A DNA stretch of 64,000 nucleotides from NCBI RefSeq assembly GCF_009914755.1, contig NC_060925.1; one strand, given 5' to 3'. This document shows positions 1-11,661 of this stretch, piece after piece. Both the position numbers and the translations under genes were made by a program. How positions within the stretch are numbered: position 1 is the first letter of the stretch; each line of letters begins with the position of its first letter. Source of the stretch: the human T2T-CHM13v2.0 reference genome, Homo sapiens. Under the pieces are notes generated by a model. The model was given only the letters and a program-made list of their open reading frames with translations, made no database searches and was not told the origin of the DNA.

Positions 1-43
1 AACAAATAGTTACAAACTCCCCGAGGTCTTAGATGACAAAATT

Positions 44-232
44 ATATATATATATATATAATATATGTGTGTGTGTGTGTGTGTGTATGTACGTATATAT
101 ATGTATGTATATATGTGTATGTGTATATGTATCTGTATCTGTATATAAGTATATGTATATATGTGTGTGTATATGTATATGTATGTATATATACATATAT
201 ATGTATGTATACATATGTGTATGTATGTATAT
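44..232. repeat. Compound (TA)n/(TG)n/(TATG)n microsatellite
   Basis: About 190 nt of nearly uninterrupted purine-pyrimidine alternation; explains the YI/HT/CV ORFs at 29-272. Confidence 0.97.
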
Positions 233-722
233 AGACACTGACATTACTCATAATTAAAAAACATCTTAACATTTTTGAGAAAGAGGCAAGGACTTCTTTT
301 ACGCTGTATGACGGGAACTAGAGAATGTTGAAAGTCATAGGTCTGAAAATGTTTAATTACAAGTGCGTTTTCTTTAAAATCTATCCTTCAGTTGAGATGA
401 CAGTAGCTGTCACCACACCCCTTTCCCTAGGTAGCCAAATTAATTGGGAAAAGAAAAAATGTGTTCATTGGAGTGGAGTCTCACACACTATCACAGTGCC
501 CTTGACAGCACCCTGTTGTGGCCCCTGTTCCACCTATGTGATGGCCTTTCAGACATGACAAACAGTTTTTCTAGTTTCTTTAGGTGAAAAGATTTAACTG
601 CCAATTAACGAGACACCCTAGGTTTAAAAAAAAGTGACCGTAACTTCGTAATTTTATTTTCCTAGCATCTGTTCTATTCAAGCCAAGCCTACTGCGGTGA
701 TCTTCATCAAGACAATTCAGGG

Positions 723-762
723 GTTTCCTAGCAACCAAGTTTCCTGTGGTTTCCTTGGTTAT
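723..762. promoter_or_regulatory. Tandem RFX X-box-like motifs (candidate ciliary/testis promoter)
   Basis: GTTTCCTAGCAAC (723-735) and GTTTCCTTGGTTAT (749-762) resemble GTTNCC(N0-3)RGYAAC; they lie in a non-repeat, locally CpG-retaining segment with an ATG at 782. Confidence 0.5.
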
Positions 763-1662
763 ATGTAATGACATAACTCTTATGGGCAACTTCACAAAAA
801 CACAGAAGAAAGCCCTCCTAAAGAATGAAATTCCAAAAAAAATCAGGTTACTGCTCACTGAGTGTCTCTGTTTAAAATGGAGAAATTTATCTTCGTGAAT
901 GTTAATGACACTAATAAATAATTATGTAGCAATTGCAAAGTAAAATCACATGGTTATTTGATTTCTTTCATTGTTTTTGTTATATGCCTGATCTTAATTT
1001 GATTTCTGAAATCAGGATCCTTTTTCCATCTCTTCTAATTGACTGCCACATACTTAGACATATCCAGCAGATGAAAATTAGACAGTTAAAAAAATTACAT
1101 GAGAGGTCATTTATTAAAATAGCAGAGTTGTAGTTGCTCAAGAGTAGGAACCAATAATACTGCCTGTTTTTTACTAATAAAGTATATTATGAGGTTTGTA
1201 TGGCAGTATCAAGGGTTATTGGTGGAGGCCATTAAATAACTGTTAATGTATACTGAGAAGTAAATTTTCCATGCCAGCATGACCAACATTAGCTACTTTT
1301 ATGTACTTAATTGTTTTTTCCTTCTATATTCACAAAGACAAATTATACTGGGTAACTGTAATCTTTGGTGATATATCTAATATCCATAATATGTCAACCA
1401 AAGAAGAAATATAAATTTACACAATTAAGAGTAAAATTTGTGCAACATCGGCTATTCATCCTTGCATTTTCAGTGCCTATCATACAAGGCGGCTTGTGAT
1501 AAATATAAAATATTGGATTAATGAATGACCAGGGCTCAACAACTCCTTTGGTTTTTCCAGTGGAAATCAGAATTTAATATGAGGATCCCCAGATTAAAGT
1601 AATGCACACTTAGAAAAGGAGAAAAATATAATTAATACATCAGAAATTTTTGAGTTAGAGTA

Positions 1663-1860
1663 CAGTAAGTCCTCACTTGTTGTTGATAGGTTCTTGGAAA
1701 CTGTGACTTTAAGTGAACTGACATACTGGATAGTAGAACTAATTTTACCATAGTTTAATTGATACAAGCAAGAGTTCAGTTCCTACAGCATACAGTATAT
1801 ACAGTACCTTGTTTCCCTTAAAGTCACACTTTTCAAGAATCTATCCGTGAGGACTTACCA
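1663..1860. mobile_element. Short MER6-family (TcMar-Tigger) MITE
   Basis: TA-flanked; terminal inverted repeats CAGTAAGTCCTCAC...GTGAGGACTTAC; matches the end of the MER6 at 34.1-35.2 kb. Confidence 0.8.
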
Positions 1861-1879
1861 TATATATTCCTCTGCATAC

Positions 1880-2420
1880 TATTCATTTATTAATTAAATA
1901 TTTATTATGGACCTATTAGGTACCAGGTTCTGTGCCAAGTGCTCAGAGTACAACTGAGAACAAAATTAAATATGATTACAGCCTCAAGAAGCTTGAAAAT
2001 TCAAAATGTTTAGGAATTATAAATTAGCTAAATGATAATACAAACAAAAGTACAAATACTGTAAAGACAAGATACTGTAAACACAAGATAGATTAAGCCA
2101 CGAGTTTAACAAAGAAACCTCTTCTGATCTGGGGGTAGAGTGTCCAGGGATAGCTTCTCAAAGGAAGTAGCATTTAAGCTGAGAGATGAAGGCCTAGGTA
2201 AGCATAACTGGGAGAAAGTTGGGTGTGGGTGGGGAACAGCAGAGACAAAAGGATAAGCATGTGCAAAGACTTTAGAGGAGCCCAAAGAAGCAGAGAGACC
2301 TGGAGTTCTCATTTCTGTCAGTGGGAATGAACCTAGAATGAGAGGAGATTTCAGAGGGTTTCAAAAGGATTCCTATAGGCCATGTTGAGCATTTAGCAGA
2401 AACAATCTAGAAAAAGTTCG
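1880..2420 (-). mobile_element. L2 LINE fragment
   Basis: attcatt...tatttatt...cctattagg...ccaggttctgtgccaagtgct L2 3'-end signature; degenerate. Confidence 0.55.
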
Positions 2421-3369
2421 GAAATGTGGTTCATAGTTACAATTTAACCTTTGTAGTATTAAATGTATTTAAAAAATCACCTAAGACTTTGATCTGAGGG
2501 TGAAAGTTTAATTCTGAAGTTACTGAAATAGTTGAGCCCCAGTAGGACAGGGTTTGTGGCATGAATAGGGCATTCGGACAGACTGTGCTCATGGACTAGG
2601 GGTCAAACCAAGGAGAAGCTGAAGTCCAGCAGCAGTGTCAATTATCCAGGCAGGAAGATTGAAGGCCTAAGGCTCAGAGCAGGCAAAAAGCATGGTAATG
2701 GGGTGGGGTGGAGAAAATAGCACTTATTTAAGATGATTTTATTACGTATTTGTATATACATTATTTCATTTAATTCTAAAAACCACATGATGAGGTGGGT
2801 ATTGCTTTCTCCCTTTTTATATTAAGAAACTGAGAAATAGAAAGTGCAAAAAGCATACCCTGGATGACATGATACCAGTGAGGCTGGGATTAAAATCTAG
2901 GACTTTCTTGAGTTCTAAAATTGTGCTTTTTTTTCAGTGTAATACATTATATTTCCACTCTTCTGTGCAGTAACTTGGGTCAGAGTCTTGATATCAATAT
3001 GGACCGTATGTCATAGCTGACCACAGCCAATGAGAGAGGAAGATATTTATCCCAATCTTGCTTTCCTGAGGCTTCTAACCAATAAGCTATACTAAGCCTA
3101 ACTTAGTTGAAGAAAATGCCTTCTTTAACTTTATTTAAATAGAACCACTTATTTATGTATTTATTTATCCAAGAAACTTTATTAAGTTATCTTTAAAATC
3201 ACATGCTTAGCAATCATTTTGAAAGTGATGCATTTGGTATTTGATGTATTCAATTCTGCATTGAGATGAGGGGAAAAAAAGCATAACACAACTTATGCCG
3301 CTCATATCATTAAGACAAATATGGAAAAGTAGAAGGGACCCAGAAATCATTTGGGCCCTTGATGTTCTT

Positions 3370-3710
3370 TCATTCATTCAATCAATTTTTTATTGAACTT
3401 CTCCTATATGCCAGGCACAGTTTTAGGTATTCTGGATATTCCATTGAACAAAGTCCTTGATATCATGGGAAATAGACAAAAACACATAATCTAATAAATT
3501 ATAATTCATAGTCAGGCAGCAAGAAATAATATGAAGAGAAATGGATGAGAGCATTAAAAAGTGATCAAGTAAGGCCTCCCTGAGGCAGTGAAATCTGACT
3601 AGAGACCAGAAAGAAGCTAAGGAGTGATAAATGGAGGAAGACAATTCAAGGCAGAGTGAGGAGAAATCTCAAATACTGAGACATACAGCATGCTTGGTAG
3701 GTTGGAGAAA
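3370..3710 (-). mobile_element. L2 LINE fragment
   Basis: (cattt/catt)n head then tttattgaac...tatgccaggcacag L2 3' end. Confidence 0.55.
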
Positions 3711-3926
3711 TGACTGCGCTTCAGATTTTCTGAAAACTTAGTGATTAATGATTTTTCAAGCTAATAAACTGAGTTTACAATCCTTGTATAACAGAAGAGA
3801 CTCAAAGATCTACCATTTAGTCAAGGAGCTATGCAGCTGAAACTATATAAATCCAAATCTAGCCTCATTTAATATGAACAATTGTGTTAAAATCAACTTC
3901 TTTTCTGCATTAAGATTTAGTCCTTT

Positions 3927-3998
3927 AAAGTTTTCAATTAGCAATGACTGCGCCTCAGATAAACCTCATTGGCTATGATATTGCTACTGTGCAAAGCT
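3927..3998 (-). pseudogene. U4 snRNA retro-pseudogene (5' ~72 nt, 3'-truncated)
   Basis: Reverse complement AGCTTTGCACAGTAGCAATATCATAGCCAATGAGGTTTATCTGAGGCGCAGTCATTGCTAATTGAAAACTTT matches U4 nt 1-72 with about 8 substitutions (from recalled U4); TSD GATTTAGTCCTTTAAA at 3914-3929 and 3999-4014. Confidence 0.95.
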
Positions 3999-4199
3999 GA
4001 TTTAGTCCTTTAAAAACTAAAAGCCACTCTCTTGGCTTACGAACTTTGAGAATCACTTTAGAATTGTTTAAGGCAAAGACACAAACTGGGTTAATTTCAT
4101 AGTAAAGATGGTTCTCTGTTGTTTGCACAGTATTTTATTAATTCCAGAATCATGGAACATTAGAACTTAAAGTGATATCTGAATTCATCTAAAGCACCA

Positions 4200-4860
4200 T
4201 AATAGTAGCTAACATTTATAGGGCCAGCTGGCATTCTAAATGCTTGACTCATATTAGCATATTTTGTCCTCATAACCTTTGCAGACATAAATATTATGCC
4301 TCTGTTTTTAAATGGGGGAAACTGAGGAATATAGGGGTTAAGTAATTTTCCCAAGGTAATACAACTATTAAGCAATGAACCTGTGCAGTCTGACTCTAAA
4401 GTCTTTGCATTTAACCATTGCATACTAGACAGTTGGAAGAAACTGAGACTGACTGGTTAAGTAAAATTTCCAAGATCACACCTTTGGAAAGCAAAGGTGG
4501 AATTTCAGCCTTGACCTGTATGCCCTTAGAATTTGAGTTCTTAATTACTATTCTGTGCTACAAGCATCATTCATCTTGGTGAACATCTAGTTTAAACTCC
4601 ACTTTGAGAGGTAATATTATTCAGTAGAGTGTACATAGACTTTTTGAACTAGAAGAGTCTTTTTTTAAATTCAATTATATACTTGCTATTATAGCTTGCA
4701 ATCTTGAGCAAATAACTTATTTAAGTCTCAGTTTGCTTATCTATAAAATTTGGGTAGTCATACCTGCCAAATTACATTGTAGAGAGAAATAAATGATGTA
4801 TTGTGTCTAACATAGCATTGAGTATGTATGAGGCAATTGACATATGGCGCAATTACTGTA
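4200..4860. mobile_element. Cluster of MIR SINE fragments
   Basis: MIR core motifs (gaaactgagg...ggttaagtaattttcccaagg; ctcagtttgcttatctataaaat) in both orientations. Confidence 0.6.
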
Positions 4861-5331
4861 ATTCTGGAGAGGAAACTAAGGTCAAAGGAACTGTGTCACA
4901 TAGCTAATAGTGGAATACCTGGGATACAAATCAGGTTCCCTGATTATTATATTTCTTGCCTTGAACTAAAAAAGTACTAAGTAGTGACAAGATTCACAGA
5001 AAAATAACCTGCCAATTTCTCCATATGTCTGTTGTTATTCCAACTCAGAATCTGTGATATTAATAGCCATAGCCAATTTGCTGAACTCCTAGTGTGAACC
5101 ATGCTAGTTCTCTATGATATATGATGTCATGGATTGCTGTGTAATATCATATGTATCACTCTTGCTTTCCCAATTAGATCATAACAATCATCTCACAGGG
5201 ATTTGTTTCTTGTTTGATTGTTTTTGTGTTTCTTCTGTATCCTCGAGCTTCACCTTCAAGTGTGGGAGAAAAGGTCTTTTATGTTAACCCACAAATCAAC
5301 TACTTTAACTGCTTCTTAAATTTTTAAATAT

Positions 5332-5752
5332 TTTATTTTATACTTTTAATCAATACATGCTATTGTAAATGTTTATGGGCTACATAATGATATTTCAATA
5401 CATATAATGTGTATTGATGAGATCAGGATAATCAGTATATCCATTATCCTCCTAACTTATCATTGCTTTGTGTTAGGAACATCCAATATTCTCCTTCTAG
5501 CTAGTTGAAACTGTATATTATTGTTGACTATAGTCATCCTACAGTGCTATAGAACACTTTGACTTATTTCCCCTATCTAGCTATAATTTTGTATCCTTTA
5601 AAAAATCTGTGCATATACCCTTTTCCTTACCCTTCCTAGCCTCTAGTATCCTCTGTTCTATTTTTCACTTCTATAAGATCAACATTTTTAGCTTCCTCAT
5701 ATGAGTGAGAACATGCAGTTTTTAACTTTCTGTTCCTGGGTTTTTTCACTGA
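5332..5752 (-). mobile_element. L1 3' UTR fragment (L1MA/L1PB-like)
   Basis: T-rich tail then L1MA-type 3' UTR ending catatgagtgagaacatgc. Confidence 0.8.
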
Positions 5753-5872
5753 AACTGCTTTGTTGAGAGATCATTTACATGCAATAAACAGTATCAACTT
5801 TAAATGTACAATTCTATGAGTTTCGACAAATGCATACAGTTGCATAACAACCACCACAATTATGACATAGAC

Positions 5873-5958
5873 TACTTTGTCCAAAATGGCTGCCACTTGT
5901 GGCTACTGATCACTTGAAATGGGGCTAGTCCTAATTAAATGCGGTATAAGTAAAAAAA

Positions 5959-6007
<49 letters not shown>

Positions 6008-6195
6008 TGCATTTCAAAGGCTTAGTATAAAATTTAAATATCTCATTAATAATTTATGTTGATTATATATTGACCATATTTTTATATATCAAGTAAGTAT
6101 ATTTAAATTAATCTTACTTTTTTACTTTTAAATATAGCTAGTAAAATATTCAAATTACATATGTGACTGGCACTATATTTCTATTGGGCAATGTT
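5873..6195. mobile_element. MER33 (hAT-Charlie) inserted in old L1
   Basis: tgtggctactgatcacttgaaat...atatctcattaataattt...atatttctattggg matches recalled MER33. Confidence 0.8.
5962..6006. repeat. (AT)22 microsatellite
   Basis: Perfect dinucleotide run inside MER33. Confidence 0.98.
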
Positions 6196-6970
6196 TTCAT
6201 AGAACATTGTGACCACTTCTAAAAACTTATTCCTTGCCACTTTCTAAACAATCTCCTTCCTGCACCTGAACTCTTGGTGATCACTGATATTCCCTCTGTC
6301 ACTATAGTTTTGCCTTTTTTAGAACATCAAATAGTGTGTAGTTTTTCATATCTGGTCAGCATAATGCTTCTGAGAGTCATCCATGTTTTTATGAATCAGC
6401 TGTTTGTTCCTTTATTGTTGAGTGGTATTTATCATGGATATTCCATAATTTATTTATGTACTTCTCAGCTAATGGACATTTGGGTTGTTTCCAGTTTTTG
6501 ATTCTTAATGAAGCTGGCATGAACATGTGAGTACAAGTTTTGTATGGACATAGTTTTTCATTTCTACTGGATAAATATATCAGAAGGGGATTACTGGATG
6601 GCATAATAAGTATACGTTCAACTTTAGAAGAAACTGCCAAACTGTTTTCCAAAGTGGTTATAATACTTTACATCTCCACTAGTAATGTATGGGAGTTTAA
6701 GTTGTTCCACATTTTCAACAGCTTTGTATTGTCAGTCTTATTAAATTTTAGCCATTCAAGTGGATGTCTTTGGTATCACATTGTGATGGTTTTCATTTAT
6801 GTTTTCCTTTATAACTAATGATGTTGAAGATATTTGTATGTGTTTATTTGCCTGCCATTCATATTTCTTCCTTGGTGAAATGTGTCAATCAAATCTGTTG
6901 CCCATTTTTAAATGTTATTTGTCTTCTAATTGAGTTGAAAGGGTGAAGTTATTTATAAACACTGGATATG
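6196..6970 (-). mobile_element. Old L1M fragment (ORF2 C-terminus/3' UTR; continues 5755-5872)
   Basis: ORF 6389-6652 gives a degenerate ORF2 end (KTCTHMF...WKQPKCP...INKLWNIH). Confidence 0.8.
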
Positions 6971-8486
6971 ATAGTTTCTATTTTTACATCTTCAAATTTA
7001 CTTTTTTTTCTGCAGTGTTTAATATCATGGCAATACAATGCATTGTAATTTTTCATTGCAGATTTTCTTCTCTAAATTTCCAGTTGGCTCTTGGTTATAG
7101 CCTATACTTTTTTCTTCCATTATTTTATATTACTCTTTCTCTCTATCTTCTTGAACAAATGAAACATTTGTAGTACTTTTTTAAAAAGATCCTTGTCTAC
7201 AAATTCTATTATATCTGTTATTTTTAGTCTTTTAATTTGTTTATTTCTCTATTGTTTATTGTCCTCGTTTTTCTATCTTTTTATTAATTATTGGACTTTT
7301 TAGATAATACATTGTTTGCTGCTGGGTTTTTTTTTTTTGTATTTTTTAAAGTGGTGATAGATTTTGTTCTGGCACCATTGGGATACTTTTTGAATCAGTT
7401 TGATCCTTCTGAAGCTTACTTTTAACCTTTATTAGAATTGGCCCAGAGCACCAATTAGTCTAGGGTTACTACTATGGTGATAACTATATAATGATTCTTG
7501 CGGATGCTCCATGTAAACACACTGCTTGGTAGAAACATGAATTAAGACTAACTCTATGTAAGCTCTGACAGTTGTTCAGAGTCAGGTTCTTTCTTCAGCA
7601 TTGGGTAGTTTCCTCTCACACAATTGCATATCAGTCTTCAGCCAGACTCAAAGGGATGCCTCAGCAGATTCTCAGAGCTCTATCTCAGTGCAGCTCCTTC
7701 ATCTCTGGTACTTGTTCTTGCAATTATAGCCATTTGGCCTTCCATAAACTCTGATCTCTACCTTAACTCAGAACAAATGCCAGTCTCTGTCTGGGTTCCC
7801 CATCTCTGCACTGCAGCCTAGCAACTGCTTTCAGGCTGTACACTGGACGTTCATTGAACTCACCCTGCTTCTTTACCTTTTCTCAGGAATCATGATCCAT
7901 CATTTCATAGATTTTCTATTTCATTATTCCATCATGGCTGGAAGCATAAGGCTAGATATTTTAACTTTGAAATAAAATATCATCTCTGAAGCCTGCAAAG
8001 GTTACATATGCAGCCTGAGTTTTTCCTTTCCATTGACAGTTCAAAACATGGGCACTCTGCATGGGTCTTCAAGAGGTTAGTTTTAAATTTTTGCTCCCTA
8101 GGTTCCAAGTAAAACCCAGTTAGAAATATTAACACTTTAACATTCAAGAAAGAAAGTCTAAAGACTATAATGGGCGTACCTGTTGCTAAATTTGTAAGGT
8201 TTCATTTCTAAATCAAATTAGAGCATTAAAAAGCAACTTAATTGGAGTACTTTTCTTTAACTCTCCCACAAATGGCTTTGCTCAGCTATATTTCATTATT
8301 GTGCTTTTAGCTTTCACTAAGGCCATACAAAAACATCACACCTTCTGGTAACACATGCACACACAAATATAGATACAGTGAGAATTGAATTACCGTAACA
8401 CATCTCCATCACTTCCTACTACTAAATGTAATTCTCAGATCCTTTGTTCCTGGCTTGGTGAAAATCTTGAAAATTTTTTTAAACAA

Positions 8487-8905
8487 TTTCATTTCATTTT
8501 AAGTTCTGGGATACATGTGCAGCATGTGCAGGTTTGTTACATAGGTAAACGTGTGCTATGGTGGTTTGCTGCACCTATCAACTCATCACCTAGGTATGGC
8601 CCCAGTGTATGTTGTTCCCCCGCCCCCGTGTCCATGGGTTCTCATGGTTCAGCTCCAACTTATAAGTGAGAACATGCGGTGCTTGATTTTCTGTTCCTGT
8701 GTTAGTTTTCTGAGGATAATGGCTTCCAGCTCCATCCATGTTCCTACAAAGGACATGATCTCATTCTTTTGTATGGCTGCATAGTACTCCATGGTGTATA
8801 TGTACCACATTTTCTTTATCCAACCTATCATTGATGGGTATTTGGGTTGATTCCATGTATTTGCTATTGTGAATAGTGCTTCAGTGAACATATACATGCA
8901 TGTAT
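8487..8905 (-). mobile_element. L1PA (older, PA8-16-like) 3' fragment
   Basis: ORF 8649-8918 = ORF2 C-terminus (WNQPKYPSMIGWIKKMWYIYTMEYY...). Confidence 0.93.
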
Positions 8906-9532
8906 TGAAGTAATACATTAGTGGATGCCACTTAATGTGTTTTTGGTAGTTTTGACTCTTATTTCAACTTCATTGTTCTAATTCCTTTTTCTTTATGTCA
9001 TTTTGATTTTTAATGGAAGAATTACATTTTAAAACAATGAGTGAATAAAATTGTTTTTCTATTTTGGCAATCCTAAACACATAGTTGATATTCAGTAAAC
9101 TCTGATAAAATGAAAGTAATTGCTAATAGACTAAGCTAGTGAACATATGCAAGAAATTGATTACAAGTCCATTTATCTCAGTCCCAAGCACATATTGACA
9201 CCTACAATATATAAAATGTTGAGGTGGGCGCCAAAAAATAAACTGACAGAGATGTGGTCTTGTCATGGAGCAATCACTTATGAATTTGATTTTGTATTGA
9301 TTCAGTCAGAACAGATTGCTTTCTCTGCTTGAAATGCTGCCGCTTCCTGCAAGACACCATACTCAGATAATCTCTCATGTTTCTTACTTAATTCAAGCCC
9401 TTCCTTTAACATCACTTCATCAAAGAAGTCTTCCCTGGCCATGTTTCCTAAAATACAATTACCTGTTTATATTTTATTCTCTTACTCTGTTTGTGTCTAT
9501 ATGTATATATACAGACACATATATATGTACAT

Positions 9533-9815
9533 TTGAGACAGAGTCTTGCTCTGTTGCCCAGGCTGAAGTTCTGTGGTGGGATCTCGGCTCACTGCAGTCT
9601 CCCCCTCCTGAGTTCAAGCAATTCTCCTTCCTCAGCCTCCCAAGTAACTGTGACTACAGGTGCGCACCACCACGCTGACTAGTTTTTGTATTTTTAGTAG
9701 AGATGGGGTTTCCTCATGTTGGCCAGGCTGGTCTCGAGCTCCTGACCTCAGGTGATCAGCCCGCCTTGGCCTCCTAAAGTGCTGGGATTACAGGTGTGAG
9801 CCACTGTGTCCAGCC
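9533..9815 (-). mobile_element. AluS; tail replaced by a TA/CA-rich run
   Basis: Full dimeric Alu in antisense. Confidence 0.95.
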
Positions 9816-10288
9816 TGTGTTCAAATTTTTCTTTCACTTCTAACCTTAATTTCAAAGTAAGATCTGTGAGGATAGGGATTTGGGCTGATGTGTTCAAACA
9901 GTATCCATGAGTCTTAGAACAATGACTAGTACATGTAAATGCTTAATAAATATTCACTTAATCAATAAATGAATTTAAAAAGTGAATCCTCTATGATTAA
10001 TCTAATCATAGATATGTTTAAGTTTAGCCTGAATTGTCTGTAGCTTGCCAGAATTTCCACTGGTAGCCAGCTGTGTTTGAACTCATGAAAAATACTTTCC
10101 AGCTTCACTGTTGTTGTGAGGAGAGTATTCTATGTGTGGAGGTTAACTGCACATCCCCAAAGCAACATTATTGCTGAATAAAGATGCCTAATGCCTTTAC
10201 TATTAATTATCTGTGGCTATGCTAAACTGTAAGCTTTTGAGTTTTTATCTTTGTATTTTAATAGTTAATTTGAATAGAACCCAGTAAT

Positions 10289-11661
10289 ATTTTTATTTTT
10301 ATTTTTTATTATACTTTAAGTTCTAGGGTACATGTGCACAACGTGCAGGTTTGTTGCATATGTATACATGTGCCATGTTGGTGTGTTGTACCCATTAACT
10401 CGTCATTTACATTAGGCATATCTCCTAATGCTATCCCTCCATCCTCCCCCCACCCCACAACAGGCCCCAGTGTGTGATGTTCCCCTTCCAGTGTCCAAGT
10501 GTTGTCATTGTTCAATTTCCACCTATGAGTGAGAACATGCGGTGTTTGATTTTTTGTCCCTGCGATAGTTTGCTGAGAATGACGGTTTCCAGCTTCATCC
10601 ATCTTCCTAGAAAGGACATAAACTCAACCTTTTTTATGGCTGCATAGTATTCCATGGTGTATATGTGCCACATTTTCTTAATCCAGTCTATCATTGTTGG
10701 ACATTTGGGTTGGTTTCAAGTCTTTGCTATTGTGAATAGTGCCACAATAAACATACATGTGCATGTGTCTTTATAGCAGCATGATTTATAATCCTTTGGG
10801 TATATGTCCAGTAACGGGATGGCTGGGTCAAATGGTATTTCTAGTTCTAGATCCTTGAGGAATCACCACACTGTCTTCCACAATGGTTGAACTAGTTTAC
10901 AGTCCCACAAACTGTGTAAAAGCATTCCTATCTCTCCACATCCTCTCCAGCACCTGTTGTTTCCTGACTTTTTAATGATCGCCATTCTAACTGGTGTGAA
11001 ATGGTATCTCACTGTAGTTTTGATTTGCATTTCTCTGATGGCCAGTGATGATGAGCATTTTTTCATGTGTCTGTTGGCTGCATAAATGTCTTCTTTTGAG
11101 AAGTGTCTGTTCATATCCTTTGCCCACTTTTTGATGGGGTTGTTTGTTTTTTTCTTGTTAATTTGTTTGAGTTCTTCGTAGATTCTGGATATTAGCCCTT
11201 TGTCAGATGAGTAGATTGCAAAAATTTTCTCCCATTCTGTAGGTTGCCTGTTCACTCTGATGGTAGTTTCTTTTGCTGTGCAGAAGCTCTTTAGTTTAAT
11301 TAGATCCCATTTGTCAATTTTGGCTTTTGTTGCCATTGTTTTTGGTGTTTTAGTCATGAAGTCCTTGCCCATGCCTATGTCCTGAATGGTATTGCCTAAG
11401 TTTTCTTCTAGAGTTTTTATGCTTTTAGTTCTAACATTTAAGTCTTTAATCCATCTTGAATTAATTTTTGTATAAGGTGTAAGGAAGGGATCCAGTTTCA
11501 GCTTTCTACATATGGCTATCCAGTTTTCCCAGCACCATTTATTAAATAGGGAATCCTTTCCCCATTTCTTGTTTTTGTCATGTTTGCCAAAGACCAGTTG
11601 TTTGTAGATGTGTGGTACTATTTCTGAGGCCTCTATTCCGTTCCATTGGTCTATATCTCTA
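10289..11661 (-). mobile_element. L1PA (about PA4-6) 5'-truncated, 1.4 kb
   Basis: ORF2 C-terminal ORFs 10863-11372 and 10512-10694; 3' UTR and tail. Confidence 0.97.

Noticed and set aside
29-272. Low-complexity Y/I/H/C/V ORFs (also 61858-62199)
   Set aside because: Translations of microsatellites
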